From: Dicyema japonicum
Lineage: Eukaryota > Animalia > Dicyemida
Length of the DNA: 64,000 bases
Reading direction: 5' to 3'
NCBI GenBank assembly: GCA_011109175.1
Contig: RDEW01000014.1
Location: forward strand, 186,001 to 250,000
The notes beneath the pieces are model-generated. The model was not told the origin of the DNA, did not search any database, and saw nothing but the letters and a program-made list of their open reading frames with translations. The position numbers and the translations under genes are program-made. How positions within the stretch are numbered: position 1 is the stretch's first letter; every line of letters begins with the position of its first letter. Of the stretch, positions 38,017 to 51,278 are shown one piece after another.

Positions 38017-40680
38017 TGAGCTGGAAGCACTGGAGGGCACATAAGTAGTGTGGCGAGAGGGGTTAAAGGAAAAGCACCGCCTATAGTAAAGGGGCTAATT
38101 AGTAAACTCCGTGTTCCAAATGGGACCTCAAAGAGTTGAGGAGGGCAAAGGTGGAGTTAGAGGAGGCAATAATGGTGTATAAGAGGAAATTCTATACACA
38201 TGAAAGTCGGCGTAAGAGAAGGAGAGAAAATAATCTGTTTGAGTTTAATCACAGATTGTTTTACCGTCGCCTACACGAAAATGGCCATAGTGTATGTTCC
38301 CAGCAGGACGCGGAAATGCTTTCCACATGGGGTAGTATGTGGAGGCTAAACCACGCAGAGGAAATGCGTGGAATGTCCCGTACAGCGCCTCTCCTTTCTT
38401 GGCGGAATCTTGCGGAATTTTCTATTTCCGCAAGAAATTTAAGGCGGTAGTGAGACATATCCATGATTGGAAAACGACCAGGGTCGATAAAGTTTATAAT
38501 TTCTTTATCAAAAGATGCACTTCATTGCACGAGTCTATGTGTCGTGTATTACAGAAAAGCATCACTAACCCGGAAACGATTCCTGATTGGGCATGTACAG
38601 GGACAACTTATTTGATCCCAAAGCTGGACAACCCTAAGTCTGCTGCAGATTATCGACCGATAACCTGCATGCCAACCCTGTATAAACTGATGACCAAATT
38701 GGTGGCTAATGACGTCAGGAGCTTTGTAGAAGCAAATGGGATTCTCTCGAGAATCAGTTGGGTACTGTGCGAAATTGTCAGGGGGCAAAAGAGCAGGCTT
38801 TGATCAACAAATGCCTTTCTATGTCTTATGGAAACTCACTTTTGTCTATGTGGGTGGATGTGAGAAAGGCTTACGATTCAGTTGATCATTCTTACATTGT
38901 CGAGTGCCTACACAAGCTGTGTGTGTCTGTTTGGTTCATCAGCTTTGTAGTGGCTGAGATGAATAGATGGAGTATTCATCTGAACTATAATAGGCACCTG
39001 ATAGGCGAGGTAAAACTCAAGAGGGGGAACCTTCAGGGGATAGCATGTCTCCGCTGCTCTTTGTTCTCTGTTTGGAGTCATTGAGTCGCCGCTTCATGAC
39101 CGGTTTGAGCAAATACCAGTTCATTGTGAGGGTGTTTCAGTGCAAATCACCTTCTTTTTATGCATGACCTGAAGATGTATGCTCAAACAGCGAGAAGCTC
39201 TTCTCCATGGGGTCTGTGCCAGGGAATTCTTTGAGAGTATAGGACTAGATTTGAATTATTCAAACTCTGCGACTAACACGTCTGAGACAAAGCGACATTT
39301 ACTGAAGGCATTCGTAGAAGAGCAACGTAGTTATGTAAGATGTTTCTAAATGCAAGGAATTTGTTCCTAGCATTAAATGAGTATGCTGTCTCGCTGCTAA
39401 ACTACTACATAGGTGTTGTGTTTGAGCCCAAAGAGTATGATGAGATGGATGCTATGATCCGTGGAGTACCCAAAGAGAACCATGTCTATGTGGTGGCAGC
39501 CAATAAGGAGAAACTATATTTACCCCGTGATAAATTCGGCCGTGGACTGTTTGGAGTAGTCCAACTAAGTGAGCGCATCCTAATGCGAATGCACGACACC
39601 CTGATAGCTGGGTCAAGTGTGTCTGCTAGGAAGCACGCCATAATAACGACCGAGAAAACACAGGCAACCCACCTAGGCACTATCAGATTTTTTGTCTGCT
39701 AAGTATGGTGTTGATGATGGTGGGCTAGTAAATGTGAAGGCGTTGATCGAATTACAATATAATAATTTGATGGAAAAGATCAACTTAAAAAGTCTTCATA
39801 AGGTCTTCTTCAGAGCATTGGACAACCCACATGTCGACCTTAAAGTCGTCGACAATATGGCTAAAATACGGTGACAACTCACCTCGATCGGAGGCGCTGT
39901 ACACGTATTGCAAGACCGCAATATTTTTTGGGGTCAATCAACAAATACATGTCCCCACTGTAAGTCAAGGAGCATGTCGTTGATCATTTAGCCACTCGAT
40001 GTGGATCCATGCCCTGCCACGACTATGTGTGGAGACATAACGAGGTAGTTAAGTATCTTCATCTTCTAGTATGCAATAAGTATGGTATTCGCCACACCAG
40101 AAAATTGTGGACTCATAAGGTGCAATCTGTAGTTGAGAACACCAGGGTCCAAATCAAGGTAGACAGTGTTATTCGTACCTCGGTGCTAGTCAAGCACAAT
40201 AAACCGGACATTGTGGTACACGATAAGGAGTCTGGCCAAGTCCTTATCATAGAGGTTGGCATTACGTCTCAAGACCGTTTGCAGACTGTGGAGGTGGAGA
40301 AAAAAGGAAGTATGACTTTCTTGCAAACGAGATGGGGCAGATGCTTGGTTGCAAGGTCCTCGTTATTCCTATAGTAATGACGTGGGAAGGAATTGCAACA
40401 AAGTACCACAAGGGTTATCTGAAGCAGTTGGGGGTAGATAGGAAGCTCCAGGCCTATCTACAGTCCACTGTATTAAAGCGGACCCTAGAGAGCCTGACAC
40501 TGGAGTATAGGAGACAGAGCCCTGAGATGCCATATGGGCAGAGGTTCAATTGGATAAGGCGCTCTCGGAGTTGTTTCAGCAACCAGAATCGAACCTGCCT
40601 AGGAGGCTGGCGAACAGACAGGCGAGGTTGATTATTAAATATATTAACTTTTTTATTGTTGGTTAAATAAAGTTTATGAA
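38017..40680 (+). mobile_element. R4/Dong-like RLE retrotransposon, main body (RT, CCHC, RLE), frameshifted
   Basis: ENNLFEFNHRLFYRRL, YRPITCMPTLYK, DVRKAYDSVDH, NHLLFM.DL, CPHC..DHLATRC, RHNEV, KPDIVV..IIEVG. Confidence 0.88.
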
Positions 40681-41039
40681 TTATTAAACTTATTGGAACA
40701 TGGCTTGCAAATTGGTACATCCACCACAATGAACTAGTAAACCTAATGCCAATTTATTGTGGAGGGCTTTAGCACTCCAAAACCCCATATGTGGACAGCG
40801 TTCATTTCCATGGATATTCAAAAGACCTTCGATTTGGTCTCGAGGACTCATTTTACAAAAAAGATTTTTGACTCAACATCTATCCTAACTTCAAACTTTT
40901 CGTCCTGGTTGGGTAGTAGAGTATGATTGGGGAACATCAGGTCGAGATCCTGGGTTTTTTTAAAATGGAGTCCCATAAGGCCTCTCCTTTTGGCGTTATT
41001 TAAATTGTTCTTCACGACGTTCCCCAGATTGACGATCCG

Positions 41040-42375
41040 ATACATTAATCTTGTCTTATGCAGATGATGTCATCATCACTTCCTCCTCCATTGTGATTGG
41101 GGTAGTTCAGGCATACCTCGATCGTGTCATTCAAAATTTACTATCATTCTATTCAAGTCGAATTGTCACTACAAGGATGTTCCCGACGTCCACCTGGGAT
41201 ATGATAGCCGTTTCAAAGAATCCTAAAATCCTTGATGAATTTCACAAGACATATCGATTAAATCCCGACGAAAAGACTTCAGAAGTTGATTATCCCCAAG
41301 ATAATTGTTAGGAAAATCCCATACCCAGAAATTATATCGACTGACCATTGTGCCTTCCATAGACTATGGAATCGCTGCATACCGAAGATATTCAACCACT
41401 CATTAACAAAAATTGTATCCCAGCTTTATGGAAGCTTGTTTGTATGGTCCGCAGATTGCCCACCTACGTCCAATTTTGAAACTCGGTAAAGTGAAGAAGG
41501 ACCCAGCTTCATACAGACCGGTCGCGTTATTGTGCTCAGTGTCGAAAATTCTGGAACGGCTGGTTTTTGCGAAAATCAAAAATTTCCTCCCGGATTTGTC
41601 ATTTCAATATGGTTTTAAAAAGGAGAGGTCAACGTAGACCCACTTATCTGCATTGACTAACTTTATACGATGTGGTTTCTCGCACAGGCAAGGATACACG
41701 AAGACTATACTTTGCTCCATTGACGTCCACAAGGCTTTCGACTCTGTGTCAAGGCGGATTCTTATTTGGAAAATTTACCAAACAAAGATCCCTGGCTAGC
41801 TAATTTCCTTAGTGGTCGGAGGGGACGCGTCTGCATTGGCCAGTCAAGGTCTATTTCACGACTTCTCCCTAATGGGGTTCCCCAAAGATCCCCTTTGTCT
41901 CCAGGGGTGACTTTTGACATGCATATGTCATTCTCGCCCCATGTTGAAAACGTAATTACGAAATGCAAAAAGAAAACTAATGTTCTGAAATGCCTCAAGG
42001 CTTATGGAAGATCGGAAAGTTTTCTGTTTTGAGCATGGTATATAAACAATTCATTGAACCATGCATCTCTTATGCATGTGGTATATGGGGTCCACTCATC
42101 TCTTGAAGATCGAGGCTAACCGGAAAAGAGCTTCCAAAATTACGGAACGCTGGATCTCTGGGGAATTCCAGCCACCAATCCTTTTGAAGCTTTGATAAAA
42201 ATGTACCACGGAACGCGCCGTCGTGACTGCAAAGGTCCAGTCACTCGACTGATAGGTGCTTGTGTGCGGACAAGGAGGACCATCGGGCCAAGATGAGGTC
42301 CCTGCTATAGCGTGCCGGGATCACGTGATTATTTAGTTTGTGTAACCGTGATCTCTGGTGTTATTATTATTATAT
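41040..42375 (+). mobile_element. Decayed LINE family A copy (RT to 3' end)
   Basis: YRPVALLCSVSKILE, IDVHKAFDSVSR, NGVPQ; 3' stem-loop and (TTA)n tail. Confidence 0.8.
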
Positions 42376-43382
42376 TATAGAATATGGTTGTTTCTCAAGA
42401 AAGTATGCATTTTTTACATCCGCATTGGATAATCGGTTTCAAGTAAAGCGAAAACTTTCTCTCTTCTAAATATATTGAATTTAAGCTTAATCCTAGTTTT
42501 CTCAAGCTGATATTGTTGAAAATCGCTTTTACTTCACTCTATTTGAGGTCAGATTCCTAAAATCACCAAGGTTTCAAGATCGCACATCTGATAATATTTT
42601 ATTTCAAATTATTAACATGACTTACCAAATATGTTTCTACGAAAGGAGTCGTTGAAGCTTTTTAAATTGACCCGGACTTGATTTATTGTATTTATTAACC
42701 CCAGGCTAACAATTTTTGGTAAGCCCAGTACAAACAGTAAAAAACTAATTAATCCAAGAAAGGAGCCAAAAGGATAGAGTCTGTTTGTGCCGGTCATATC
42801 CATCCTCCATTAGTCCATTACAGGCTTCGCTTCCGAAGGTCCACCCTTTTCTATCTTCATCTCACGTCCTACCGTCGCGGACATCACTTAATTCATGAGG
42901 GAAAAGTTTTCATAATGGTAATCTTTATTTCTTGGAAAGACATCGGAAATAATCAAAGAAAATCATATTTCTGTTTAATGATTATTCAATCGATACATAT
43001 AGCTTGTAATATTCGAATTTTTGTAAAAATAAATGAAATGTCAATTTTAACAATTGAACAATTAGCTAGCCAAGTGATTAATTGATCGGACGGTTGAGCT
43101 GACGACACACCTTTGAACTAAAAACGGACACACCAATGCTTTTGATTCAAATTCCGCCTGTCTCAATATTTTAAGAAATGAACAAGTCTGTTTGAGGAGG
43201 ATAAAGAAATTGTTAGTTAGATTGTTAAATCTCCAACGTACTATTAATAGAGACAGTCGAATCCCTTTGATATAGACAAATTGAAAAGGAGTCATAATTT
43301 ATTAAAAATTCAATTGTAGCTATTCAATGAAAATCGCTATCCTCTTTTTAGGAGAGTAAATTGTCAGTTCATCCCTATCCCA

Positions 43383-43700
43383 GCCGGGTGACATAGTGGT
43401 TAGGTGTCTGGCTTAAGTGACTTAGGCTATGAATTCGAATCTCGCTGCTGTTCACCTGGTGGAAGGTTCCACGCATCTACGATGCAGAAGGGTTTGACGA
43501 GTGACGCCGTCATCAGTGGATACTCACTGCGGAACTGGATTGTCTAGAAAGGACATCACAAGAAAAAAGAAAAAAAGAAGTGAAGATCATTCCTTGTTCT
43601 ACGATTAGTTAAAATTAACTGTTCTTTACTTAAATAAAGTGTGTGTCCTGCCTATGCGGAGCTATATATACTATGGCTCTCGTGAAAAGGCTTTATTATT
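43383..43700 (+). mobile_element. tRNA-derived SINE, copy 1, with a 12-bp TSD
   Basis: A-box-like TAGTGGTTAG and B-box-like GAATTCGAATCTC; TSD ATCCCTATCCCA at 43371-43382 and 43701-43712; homologous to 56095-56415. Confidence 0.88.
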
Positions 43701-44109
43701 ATCCCTATCCCATTTGTACATTCGTATCAGTCGTCTCTTTTCTTCCCTCATTTAACGGTATGTCGTCTGAACTACCACGTGAAATTCCACAAGTGGGTCG
43801 AAACAGAAATAAACTCTTGAATGTCGGATAGCCATTAAGCGTCTTTTGAGTTAGGTGGATACAATGACGCCTCTAGGAATTGAGGAAGGCAAAGAATAGA
43901 AAGGAAATACGTGAATCAACCCACAGCTAAGTGCACCGCTAGCGACACCACTAACCTTGTCAAGAGACATCTCTATCCAGTTAACTTTCTAATCAATATA
44001 TTGACGGCTAATTAATAATTCAATAAATTTAAAGTTGCAAAACTAACTTCATAATTGATTAACCAATTTATTGGAGACATAAATTTAAGTAAAGACGACA
44101 CTTATTATG

Positions 44110-45354
44110 CTAACTGAAAACTCCCCTTACAGATCCACGACGAGCTCGTAAAGTGGATGACGCTATTTTAGCTTGCTTGTCCATTTTGTCAAAAGATCTT
44201 GCATTCAGTCGTCTTTTGTTTCTTTCAATTTCCATGTCTCTCAATTCTTTTCTAACAGAATTAACTCTGTTTTGTTTTTGCGCTGCTTTTGCGTTTAAAA
44301 CGTCATCTTTTCGCCCAAAGTTTTGCTGGAGTTTTCGACTTTGAAATTCCTTTTCGAGTTGAATTCTACATAAGTTGATAGATTACTTTTGTCGATTTGC
44401 CTTTATTCTATTTTCATTAAATTCCCGAATCCTTGAGGCCGAGTTGGCTCTTTCATAGTTTATTATTTGGGCTCGCTTTTGTGCCATGGTTTCTCTCTTG
44501 GACATTTTTTTCAAATTTATACTTTGAACATGTCTCGGGCAATTCCTTTGCGGTACTCAATGAGGTTCTCACGTTCTTTGGGACTAAAATTAACAGTTTT
44601 GTTTTTCTTTTTAATTCTTAGTTTTAAATAATATTTTAGCACGTTTCAATGTAGGGATCGTCTTTATATTTACGGCTTCGTCTGTATGGGTCCGCAGATT
44701 TTTGTGACTCTTCCAAAAAGGTGACTCTTTTCTTATTTTTTTAAATCAACAAAATTACCGATTCTTTACGAGAATACCTTGTAAGTAATTTCTCACAATT
44801 TTTTATTTCATTTTCAAGGTTATTCAGTCTCCGATGGAGTTCATTATCTTCGGAAGCGTCATTTACTTGTTCCTCTCTAAAAAAGTTTCTGCTCGTCGAT
44901 GCGGCTCTTCTACAGATTCCATGAACAAATTTAATTGAACCTTGGCTGAGAAACCTCCGGAGTGTTAAATCGAACACGGGGGGCTGAACTTGACCGTAAA
45001 AAGGTTTGACTTTTATCGTCTTCTGGAATCTGCTGATTTCGAAGACTTCTGCACAATTCGATAAGTTCTCAAAATGAAATTCAAAATGACTTTTTCTATG
45101 TTCTTCGTGGGCTTCATAAACACAATGGACTTCGTCAATTGGGATTCCATCAGGGACCAACTCATCCTTGAATTGACTAAATGGTTTGTATAACAAATTC
45201 ACGGGCTAAATTGGTAAATAGTATTCCTTACTTCAACGCCAGCCATTTTTGTAGCCGAAAGAGACCGAGGGCTTGTCAAAACATAATCAGCATCTTCAAA
45301 TTCTGAATTTTCAAAGTTTTCTAAATTTATCGTATATTTGGCTGTCTGTCTCAT
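44110..45354 (-). CDS. CCDC177/CCDC185-like coiled-coil protein, multi-exon
   Basis: INLENF..YVLTSPRSL..GVEPVNLL..VYEAHEEHR matches the remembered CCDC177 N-terminal motif (YVLTSPRSL); C-terminal SFDKM; internal exons not fully resolved. Confidence 0.7.
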
Positions 45355-45852
45355 AGCAGTCAAAGTTTCTAGGAAACAAAATAGAACTTTCACAAAATTT
45401 GTATTTTTTTATTATTTTAAACCTTAATAAATTTTCATAATCAATATTTATATTTATCAAATCTCACAAATTAATTATTTGTAAATTGATCGACGAAATG
45501 CAAAAGAGGACTTTCAGAGTAACAGAGCGTTGGATTTGTGGAGATTCCCGAATGGGATCGACGTCTCTTGAGGCCTTATGAGACTAGATTCCAAAAGAGT
45601 TTGATCTGGGACTTATTACACTGTGACATAATTAATGCGGCGTTGACTGTCACAATAGCAAATTGAATAAACAAATAAAATCCATAATTTTGCAGTTTTT
45701 TTTGCAATCGTCAAGGAAATGAGCTATCAAAACTAATTTTTAACAAAAATATTTGACGCTTAATTAATTTCCCCGAATCGCATTGCAACAAAATATCTCA
45801 AGTTCTTGTTTAATAAAGAATTCGTATTAATTTGTTAGAAGTATTAGAGTTT

Positions 45853-48800
45853 TCAAAATATCCTAACCAATTTATCAATCACACTCAGCTTTGAGACCAA
45901 TTGGGGATATTCTTTACTCAAAATGTCAGCCAAAGATATCAATTTCTCCTTTCTCTCAATCTCTTGTTTGTATTCATCCTCCAATTTCTGTTCAGATTTC
46001 ACCCGTCTTTTATATTTCCCGGAAATAATATTTTCATAGTTCTTTCCCCTCTTCTGCAGTCTCATCAGTCCGTTTGTGATCTGAAATCATTACATAAACA
46101 AAACATGTGCTTTCTCGAACATTAATCCATCTAACTCTTGATTTCCTATTACATTGGACTCCTTTAGTTCTTCCAATTCCCTACTATCTATCGATGACTT
46201 GACTTGTTTGATTTCTTGGTCAATTTTTGCCTCCTCGTTCGTCAGAGACTTCAACTCCTAAAATGATAATATTTATCAAAACGAGTTTAAGTTCTTTTAA
46301 ACTCCTCTTCAACTCATTTATCTTTTTCAAAGCTATGTTTACCGGCATTTTATCACGTGATCTGATCTCTCCTTTGATCCAAATTGTTTCACGCCTTTTC
46401 AATAAAATTTACAACCTCGAAACAGCTTTTTCAGTCTCCTGTATCAAAATTTCTTGATCACGCCTCAAAATGCTTAAGAGTAACTTCCATTCTATGAATT
46501 TCGCATTTCATGGCCTTTATTTCACCATGGTCGACGTCCTGCTGCACGGTCTCTTTAGTTTCTTTTGTCAGCTTATTTCTCTTTTCCCATAAAAGAACTT
46601 CCTTTCTACATTGAATAGCAAAAGTGACTCTGATTCCACTAAATCACGGAAAATTTGTTCCTTGACTTCCTTTAAGGCTTCCAATTTATTTTCCATGCGA
46701 ATAGCCTCACTTTCAGCTTCCTTTACTAAATAGATTAAAAAACCTTCAATTGCTTTACAAAATCCTTTTCTTTAAGGATCGTTTCTGTTAAAAGCTGCTG
46801 TTCATTCTTCTGTTTCGCATAGACGAGAGCATTTAGTTTTTCAATATCGGATTGCATATGCAGGACGTCTCTTTCCACCATGACGATCTCTCCGAGTTCT
46901 TTATCGATATTCCCTACAGATTTATAATAAACCAGACTTTCTACTCTTATTTTCTTTTTAGAAAGTACTGTGAACTCTCTTCTGAGGGCATTTATCTGTT
47001 GTGTCTCGCTTTCAGTAATTTCAGTGTAATGGACAAGCTGTCGTTGATTTCTAAGCCAGTTGTTTTGCATAAATTTGATTTCATCTTCTTTCGTTTTGAT
47101 ATCGATCTTGTAGTGGTGAAGCTGTCGTTCGATTGGACTCAACTCAAGTCCCTATGTTTCAAGTAAAAACAAACCCCTGATTGCTCAATCAACGTTTCCA
47201 GACTCTTGTTGAGTAGTTGTATCGTCTGCTGTTTTCGCTCGATAATTCTCATCCTTTTGTTTATTTGAGTTTCACTGAGATTAATGTCCCCATTTCGAGA
47301 TTCAATCGTTTTTTCCAAATCCTCGATTTTTTTCTTGTTCACAGTAAGAGCTGCTTCCAAATCCAACTGTTCGAGCGTCTTTTCGGCAATTTTGTTGTCT
47401 ATTTTCGCAATTTCTGATTCCTAAAAATAAAATATTCGTTCCAACCAATTCTTGTGTCAGATCACTTAATTTTACGGATATTTTTTTGCTATATTTTGCA
47501 GCTTTGCTGACGGATAGTCTCCCACGAATTTTCATTTTGATCTCCTCTTCCAGCTTGACTTTTTTCAAATGCGACTTCTCAAGTTCCATGAACAGTGACT
47601 CATTCAATTTTTTGTCTTTTTGAAGGTCCTAAAGGGTCATTTGGATTTTATACATAATTGTATTTATTAAGTCCACTTTCAGTTTCTTGTAGCATAGACG
47701 AATATGTCGTGTACTCAACCTTCAAACACTCGTATCTGTTGTTCTCGAGGTTCAGTTGTTTGTTCGTATTGGCAATCCAAACTTGGATTTTGTGAAGAAT
47801 CTGAGCCAACTGCTCGTTTTTGACCTGCTCACTGTCAGTTGATCTTTTACAATGCTGGATCTCCATTTGCCGAGTCAAAATTGTCTTTTTAGAGTCACTG
47901 CCATTTATGGTTATGGTTACTTTATAGCGTCCATCATTTCAGAATAAATTTCGTTTCGATTCTTTACTCCCAGCAAAGCAGAATTCCACTGCTGGAATAT
48001 TTTTACTCGCTCCATCTCAGCTTTCTACAAAACATAAAATAAGGCTAAAACCTGAATCTCAGCCTCAGCATCTTTCAGAATATCCTGAGCAGCTTCTTTT
48101 TCAGTTTTCTGAGCCATAATTTTGATATTCAAGCTGTCAATTTCCCGTTCGATTCTCGCGCTTTCTTCATTCATACGGTTTAAAAAGAAATCCTAAAAAA
48201 GTTAAATTCGTAGTGACTTGTGTCAATTTGTCATCTTGATGTTGACTGACTTCCTTTTTAGCTTTATCCACTGTTCTTTCTATCAGAGAAACGTCATCTG
48301 TTTGACTTCTATGAGCTTTCTCAACGTAGAATAACATCAGACTCAATTCATCGGTTTCTTTCATCAATTTTTTAACTTTAAATTCAAAATAGTTTTATAA
48401 ACCAGTTTTCGAATCTTCATTTTGTTTTTCTGTTAATTTTTGTACGATTTTCCTCTGCTGATCAATGTTATATATGACTGTTTCATTTGCAAGGGACTTC
48501 TCCGCCAATTTCTCAACTAACTCTTCAAGATTTGCCTGCATCATTGCTAATTCTTGCTGCCGTTCGTATAGCCGTACTCCAACTTCCTCGCGTTTTTCCT
48601 TAGTCTTCTTTAATTGCTCATCCTATATTAATTAATGAACTATTCAATGTTTAATTAGTGCTATTCATAATAATGTTTATTAACCAATGTCGCCGTTTCT
48701 AGCTCACATTTTTCATATTGCTTTGTTAAGTGTGCACGCAGCTGATTCTGAAAACGAATCATCAGTGGGTGGTTTGGATCCAAAATCATTATTTCTTCTG

Positions 48801-49017
48801 GGGGACGTTCATCACGATTTAAGTCATCTTCGTTTTGGATGGTATCATCTAGGTTCTCTTCATGATTTCCTTGATCGAAATTATCTTCCTCATTTTCAGT
48901 ACTGGGTACCTCCTGATTATCCATCATGTCTGGGGACACATCATTGTTGTTTAAATTGCTGATTTCTTGATAATCTTCGTTCTCTAATGAAAGCTCTGAA
49001 AAATTATCGTCGCTCAT
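45853..49017 (-). CDS. CCDC40: Coiled-coil domain-containing protein 40 (axonemal 96-nm ruler), multi-exon
   Basis: Acidic N-terminus, ILDPNHPLMIRFQ, REEVGVRLYERQQ, long coiled-coil exons, and C-terminal GKYK..EYP. Confidence 0.9.
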
Positions 49018-49149
49018 TTTTGGTTGCTATATGAGTTACTCCTAGAGACAAATTTATTGAGAAAAAATAAATATAATATAATTAACCTGTCTATTTTTAT
49101 TTTAATTAAATTTAATTAGTAATTAATCAGTTATCTTTAGAATAATTTT

Positions 49150-51277
49150 TCAATAGCGCCATGTGGTGCTATGTCACTAATTAGTTGGTTTACTCTTTCT
49201 TTCTTGGTGTTCTTTTTTTGGGGTTACTTAATTAGTTGGTTTACTCTTTCTTTTTTGGTGCTCCCTTTTCGGGGTTATTAAATAAAATAAATTATGTGGT
49301 GCTATCTGGCTAGTTATTTTTTTCTTTCGATAGCGTCATTGGATCCACCTTACTGAGGAGACTCCCAATTCCTGGCCCGTATCAAGAGGATCCAACTATT
49401 CTTTTTTCGGGAGACATTGTCGTTATCTGGAGACAAGTTCTGGAGCACTGGACGAGTCAGGATCAAAGAATTAGGTAGTTTGGTTATCTCTTGGTTATTG
49501 GAATAACAATTTTTTAATTTAATAGATTCTCTGAGAAAACACTCTCTCGCAGGTACCGGTCTTTTCCTCGTCTGTCAAGGATCACTTAGTTTGTTGAGGA
49601 TATTCCTTTTCTCTTTTAATCGAGGGATAATAAACTAATTAAGAATTTTTTGTGATGCCTCGACGGAGAGTTGTCTGATCATAATCCCCCGAGCTCCTAT
49701 ATTTCAGGCTCTTACGGAGAGTGTAGGTTTTACTGTGAGTAACCTGTTGTTTTTTTGTGTAAATCAACGTTGAGAACTATTGAGAGAGATGTTTTCGGCC
49801 TTTAGTAATTTTATGTTAGTTTTTTTAAAGACAAAATATTCGAATTCAGAACATGTTTAGAGTTTCAAATGATCTTGATGATTTCCGGTGACGAGTATGA
49901 GGAGAGATTATATTCAACGTCTTCTTTGGTCAATACTCACTGTCTACGATTGAATGTGTCTAATTTTTGTGGTAATTCTCATGTGCTGATTTTTTATCTT
50001 CAATTTGAACTATGAAGACGCTGTAAAATTATCATATGGATTTAGACTTTAATCAATTTTTGACTAAATGTGAGGCAGTTTGTTAATTTTCACAAAATTC
50101 AAAAGGATTTGGCAACGCCCAGAGGGCTTTTAATTTCCTCCCGAATAGGACCATTAGACCCTTTCTTCCCGGGGTCATTATCGGACTCCATAACAATACT
50201 GAACGACCCAGCGAAAAATACAAGGACCTCACTCAGAGAGACGGATCAGCCTACCTCTCCCGACGTAACACTCTGCTCCACATCACTTTCATCGAAAATT
50301 ACCTGGTCAGTCTTTTATGAAACGAGAAGCGATCATAACCCGATTGTGATGAAGATCAAGTGAGAAGTCAAAGTGAGAGAACACTTACTTGTTATAATTA
50401 CAAAACTGCTAATTGGGAATTGTATCGCGCAATCCTGAATGATAGACCGAAGAATTGTTACTTGGACAGCTTAAAATGGCTAGAAAAAGCGATCAAATAC
50501 TTTACTCATTCAATCTTAGAAGCAAGACCATTGGCTATTCCCAAGCATCGTCTAAATTCCTCTAATGGTCGAGGGAAGTCGGCATTGGTAAAAGAAAGAA
50601 ATCACCTTAAAAAATCCAATTGGATCACATTAGAAACGAAACTTCGAATCAGAGCTTTAAACAACGAAATAAAGGCCAGAGAGTTCGAGGCCCAGAAATT
50701 GAAGTGGAATCGGATTCTTACAAAGGTAAATCGCAATCGTAGTACCGGAGAAGTGTGGAAAGCCATCCGAAATGTTGCAAAGTGAGAAGAAGCTTCCCCG
50801 AGGATGACTATACTCTACGAGATGTTAACAATTTGATAAAATTCTACACAAAAATTTCGTACAAAGAACACAGGAAGTCGGAAGTGTTTCTCTCATCACG
50901 CAGAAAACTGAAAAGAATTCTTACCCATTTTACTTCTCGGATGAAAAGTGAAGAATGCGCTGCGTTTTACAAGAACAACGTACTCTGCCGACAACATTCC
51001 CGTAGTATTATTGAAGAATTAACAAGGCCTTTTATTCTATTTCGAGAAAAAATATTATCAAAGAAAATTTTCCAGTCGGAGATCCCGGGAAGCTTAAACT
51101 TTTGATAACAAATTTCTTAAGTGGACGGAAAGGACGTGTATGCCTCGGAGGACTGAAATCAGCCTTGCGTCTACTTTCAAACGGTCTCCCCAAGGATCTC
51201 CTTTATCCTTCGCTTTATTCAATTTATACTTACCGACCTCCCGACACCGGAATCCAATAACGATGTTCTACTCTCAT
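49150..51277 (+). repeat. Repeat block copy 1 (unknown repeat plus LINE family A with an internal deletion)
   Basis: Collinear with 51279-53866; ends at the single N at 51278; contains a ~52-bp tandem duplication at about 49178-49280. Confidence 0.85.
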
Positions 51278-51278
51278 N

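Noticed and set aside
42400-43295. Possible small membrane-protein gene (ORFs 42612-42803 and 43062-43295, several GT-AG segments)
   Set aside because: Could not build a consistent open spliced model or recognise a family; unresolved without RNA-seq.
43383-43455. A tRNA gene
   Set aside because: Acceptor and anticodon stems are incomplete; it continues into a 320-bp repeat with a TSD, so it is a SINE head.
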